This document shows positions 60,715 through 64,000 of a stretch of DNA of 64,000 nucleotides, piece by piece. The stretch is from Gemmatimonadota bacterium (GTDB taxonomy: Bacteria; JBHIER01; G020348925): contig CP070758.1 in NCBI GenBank assembly GCA_020348925.1, positions 2,082,030 through 2,146,029 of the forward strand, in the 5' to 3' direction. The notes under the pieces are model-generated. The model saw only the letters and a program-made list of their open reading frames with translations. It searched no databases and was not told the origin of the DNA. The first letter of the stretch is position 1, and each line of letters starts with the position of its first letter. The position numbers were made by a program, and so were the translations under genes.

Positions 60715-60927
60715 ATGAACGAAGCGCAGGGAGGGGAGATTCTGGTTGTTGTCTCCAAGCTGAAAGGATATATTCGTTCAGCGTCGGGGATGAACACTTC
60801 GGCGAACGTCGTCCCGGTCTTATCCGACATAATCCGCCGACTGTGTGACCAGGCCATAGAGAGAGCGAATATGGCGGGCCGCAAAACCGTCATGGACAGG
60901 GATTTCACATCGGACGAGGTATCGTAG
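60715..60927 (+). CDS. Bacterial histone-fold protein (Bd0055/HBb-like), 70 aa
   Basis: MNEAQGGEILVVVSKLKGYIRSASGMNTSANVVPVLSDIIRRLCDQAIERANMAGRKTVMDRDFTSDEVS: LVVxSK...MNTS...GRKTVMxRD pattern; RBS AAAGGAGG. Confidence 0.88.
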   Translation: MNEAQGGEILVVVSKLKGYIRSASGMNTSANVVPVLSDIIRRLCDQAIERANMAGRKTVMDRDFTSDEVS

Positions 60928-61058
60928 CGAGCTTTTGCCGGATTGTATTCGCCTCAGCGATCGGACAGAATCAAGTGGAGGCTGCCTTGTGTTTCGGGCA
61001 GCTTCTTTCTTTTATGATGACACAATCATTGTGTGGATGTTGTACTGTAGAACGACGC

Positions 61059-61139
61059 GCCGGCCCTCGAACGGAGACAGATCCGTTGAGCCCATAAGGG
61101 GGTGCACCTGGGTGTCCGTTCAAACCGCGACAGGCTGGC
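61059..61139 (+). promoter_or_regulatory. Candidate multi-stem cis-regulatory RNA in the TonB-receptor leader
   Basis: Closing stem GCCGGCC/GGCTGGC encloses three hairpins; alternative pairing is possible. Confidence 0.35.
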
Positions 61140-61165
61140 TGAGAATCAATGAGGGGGAAAAAGGT

Positions 61166-63278
61166 ATGGTGTTCCTAAGTGCAAACATGTTGCGCAGGCT
61201 TGTTCGTATCATCACGGTCCTTGTGGTCCGCATGACGCCCTTGAATGCTCATGAAATGAAGGATGCGGGTACCATCGAAGGGAAGGTCACAGACAGCAAG
61301 AGCAAAATACCGCTGGAAGGCGCTACGGTTCGCATTCTCGGAACGGAGCGTGCCACGACATCGGACAGGAGTGGGTATTTCGAGATTCGCAATATCACAC
61401 CTGGTATGTACACTGTGGAGATATATGCGCCCGGCTACGAGATCATACTGGAACGAGAGGTACGAGTTTCCTCCGAAAAGATTTTTCTTTTGAATATCGA
61501 GCTGGAAAAAGAGTACATCTATACGCTGGATGAGATCGTCGTTACGGCAACCCGTATGAGGGAGAAGGTCAAAAATATAGAGGGGAGTGTTTCGGTCATA
61601 CACAAGGAAACGATAGAGACGATGCCGACGGTGCACCTGGTGGACATTATTGACGTCTCTCCTGGATTTCAAACGTATAGCGCCGACGGGAACAGTATGA
61701 GCCCGGGTGTCAACGTCCGGGGCTTCACCGGCGGGGGAATGGCGGAGTATCTTCTCGTCATGGTTGATGGGGTACCGATCAATGACATGGAGACAGGTCT
61801 GGTCAACTGGAATCTTGTGCCTGCGGGAAAAATCGAAAGAATTGAGATCCTCCGAGGCCCATCGTCGGCTCTTTACGGTGACGCAGCCTTGGGCGGGGTC
61901 ATCAATATTTTGACTGATGAGAGACGAGGCCGAAGGGTCACCGAGTTTTCTATAGAGGGCGGCAGTTACGGTGAATACGGCGGCAGGCTCCATTTGGCTC
62001 GGACATCAGAACATGCTGCGTACGAGATGTATGCATCGCAGTTACGACGGGACGGCTGGCGGGACCGTAGTGACTGGCGAGGTGAAAACATGACCGGTAA
62101 GGTGCGATTGGCCATTGGCAAAGACTGGAAGTTGTCTCTCTCTTCCCTCAACCAGCGCATTCGCAGCCAGACACCAGGGGCTCTTACTCCGGCTCAACTT
62201 CAGGAAGACAGAAATCAATCCGTGTTGGATCTTGATCGAGAAGATCAGCGCAGGCATCTCCTTTTTCTCAATGTCGATCGAGAGCATTTCCGGAGAGGCA
62301 GAGTCGAGGCCAACCTCTACTTTCAATACAAGGATACGGATATATACCGGACGCTGTTTTTCGAGACGAAGGAACAATCCAAGGAGACGTACCATGTCCG
62401 GGCGAGCACCCAGTATAGTACATCCCTCTCATGGAAGGGGATCACGCATCAACTCGTATGTGGCGCCGAAGTGGAATGGGGGAGGATGCACAGCAGGTAC
62501 TTCGATCTCCTCTCCGCCGACCGGTTTTCTGAAACGCCTTCGACAAAGGGCCTCGGAGTGAGGAGGAAAGCGGCCTGGTATCTTCAGGGGAAATTTTTCC
62601 CGGTGGAACACGTGAGCGCCACATTGGGATTGAGATGGGATGGGATATACGATGATTATGAAGACGAGCTCCGCAACAATTCATCCCTCACATCGGACAA
62701 GTCCGCTCTGAGCACGAAGCTTGGCCTCAATTGGAAACCGGATGAGTACGGCCACCTGTATGCGAACCTGGGACGGGCATTCAAGGCGCCCACAATCGAA
62801 CAACTCTTCGATCAAAGGCCATTTTACCATGAGTATTTAGGGACTGTTTTCATTTCAAATGCTGCCCTGGAAGCACAGAGTGGGATAAATTATGAGATCG
62901 GATTAAGGCGGAGTTTCGGCCCTTTGATGGAGACAGGTCTCTCGTTGTACCAGATGGACATGGAGGATGAGATCGAGTTCGATATGGGCACTCTTCAATA
63001 CGTCAATATAGGGAAGAGTCGACACCGAGGTTTTGAAGGGGAGATAAGGATCCAACCCTTTTCAAGCGCAACGGGTTTTGTCAGTTATACATATTCGGAT
63101 GCCCAGTACAGAACTGGAGGGAACACGGGCAATCAAATCAACAACATACCCAACCATCAGATGACGGTAGGTCTCCTTTACACGAGTGATGTGGGCTTCA
63201 AATCCGGAATCCTCATCCACTCGGTGAAGGACCAATATATGGATGCGGAAAACGAATATCCGCTCGCCGATTACACCA
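61166..63278 (+). CDS. TonB-dependent receptor with an N-terminal carboxypeptidase-regulatory-like domain; 3'-truncated at the gap
   Basis: GTIEGKVTD...PLEGATV; LDEIVVTATR; LVMVDGVPIN; IERIEILRGPSSALYG..ALGGVINI; RAFKAPT; NYEIG. Confidence 0.92.
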
Positions 63279-63378
63279 NNNNNNNNNNNNNNNNNNNNNN
63301 NNNNNNNNNNNNNNNNNNNNNNNNNNNNNNNNNNNNNNNNNNNNNNNNNNNNNNNNNNNNNNNNNNNNNNNNNNNNNN
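63279..63378. other. Assembly gap (100 N)
   Basis: Run of n. Confidence 1.
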
Positions 63379-63817
63379 TGATTCCTCGGGTGCCGTTTCT
63401 GAGTATTTTGAGATTGAATCTGCGGTTGTTATTCTGCGAAAAAATGGGTGGAAGTTTCTCAATGGCCAAACTTTTTTTGCGCCTGTGCAATCGGAATAAT
63501 TTCTTTGGTTATCAGTTTTTGATGTTCAGACCTTAACGGCTCACAAAGCGGTTCAAGGGGACGAGAAGATGTCTAATGTAGATTCAAAGATTTTAAAAGC
63601 TAATGTGTAAGATTTAAAGCTCGTCGCTTCTTTGCCGCTTCTGAGCTTTGTCGTTAGGTATTGTATAGATATCTTTTCGTAATTTATGTGAATTTTGGGG
63701 AAATCAGGGAGTTTGGTTAAAATCCGGCACTGTAGAACATCTTTGATAACATTCACTTTGAGAGAGAGGATTAATTTAGTATCCTCCAGGGAATAAGCGA
63801 TAGATTTCTCCACGTGA

Positions 63818-63845
63818 AATAAAAAATGGCGGCCGGAAGGCCGCC
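63818..63845 (-). terminator. Rho-independent terminator
   Basis: GGCGGCC-loop-GGCCGCC followed on the minus strand by ATTTTTTATT. Confidence 0.7.
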
Positions 63846-63877
63846 TTTGGAAGGATACGTGTGGCGGACAAAATCCT

Positions 63878-64000
63878 TTACTCGGGTCTGATCATCATAT
63901 TTTCATCTTTTTCCAATCGCAAGCCTTTGGGCAGCTCGAATTCACTATCTTTTAACGAAGTTTTTACTACCTCAGAAACCGTGGTAACGTTCCTCATCGT
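63878..64000 (-). CDS. 3' end of a gene entering from beyond the window (possibly DUF4412-like)
   Basis: Manual translation ...TMRNVTTVSEVVKTSLKDSEFELPKGLRLEKDENMMIRPE*; FELPxG ending; followed by a terminator. Confidence 0.5.
   Translation of the reverse strand, partial: TMRNVTTVSEVVKTSLKDSEFELPKGLRLEKDENMMIRPE

Noticed and set aside
61097-61144. TPP riboswitch (GGGGTGC...GCTGAGA)
   Set aside because: The 3' half (ACCC..GAACCTGA..TAAT..GCG.AGGGA) is missing; the RBS and start follow directly.
60935-61165. N-terminal extension of the TonB receptor ORF
   Set aside because: The RBS and signal-like segment start at or after 61166; the upstream sequence looks regulatory.

Overview
A ~64-kb bacterial scaffold, probably from an uncultured diderm FCB-group-like lineage (inferred from gene content). 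Four exactly 100-N gaps (688-787, 38345-38444, 57369-57468, 63279-63378) split it into five segments, so adjacency across gaps is unproven. Contents: (i) four large secreted modular proteins with dockerins (three also with cohesins) and a FlgD-Ig/T9SS-type-A-like C-terminal tail, a tail-only gene fragment, and a tail-less C39-like peptidase with a terminal dockerin; (ii) a signalling block of a GAF-PAS-PAS-GGDEF cyclase, a MASE3 histidine kinase, a sigma54 activator and a degenerate receiver; (iii) envelope/stress genes (DUF5654, DUF3078-like barrel, MscS, OmpA, rubrerythrin, LEA-2); (iv) thiol and proteostasis genes (CMD family, two Lon proteases, trxB, ALDH, PflX-like radical SAM, DUF62 SAM hydrolase, bshC, bshB1, bshA, Hsp20), with three accessory genes between bshB1 and bshA; (v) a GldA/F/G-like ABC transporter, a 70-aa Bd0055-type bacterial histone, and a TonB-dependent receptor preceded by a candidate structured RNA. 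No rRNA, tRNA, CRISPR array, transposase or reverse transcriptase was recognised. Most notable: the bacterial histone, the non-cellulosomal cohesin-dockerin protein set (including an interlocked DUF11/cohesin segment and a near-identical tail cassette), the sigma54-driven pseudo-receiver, and the candidate switch RNA. All family calls are motif recognition by eye, not database searches.
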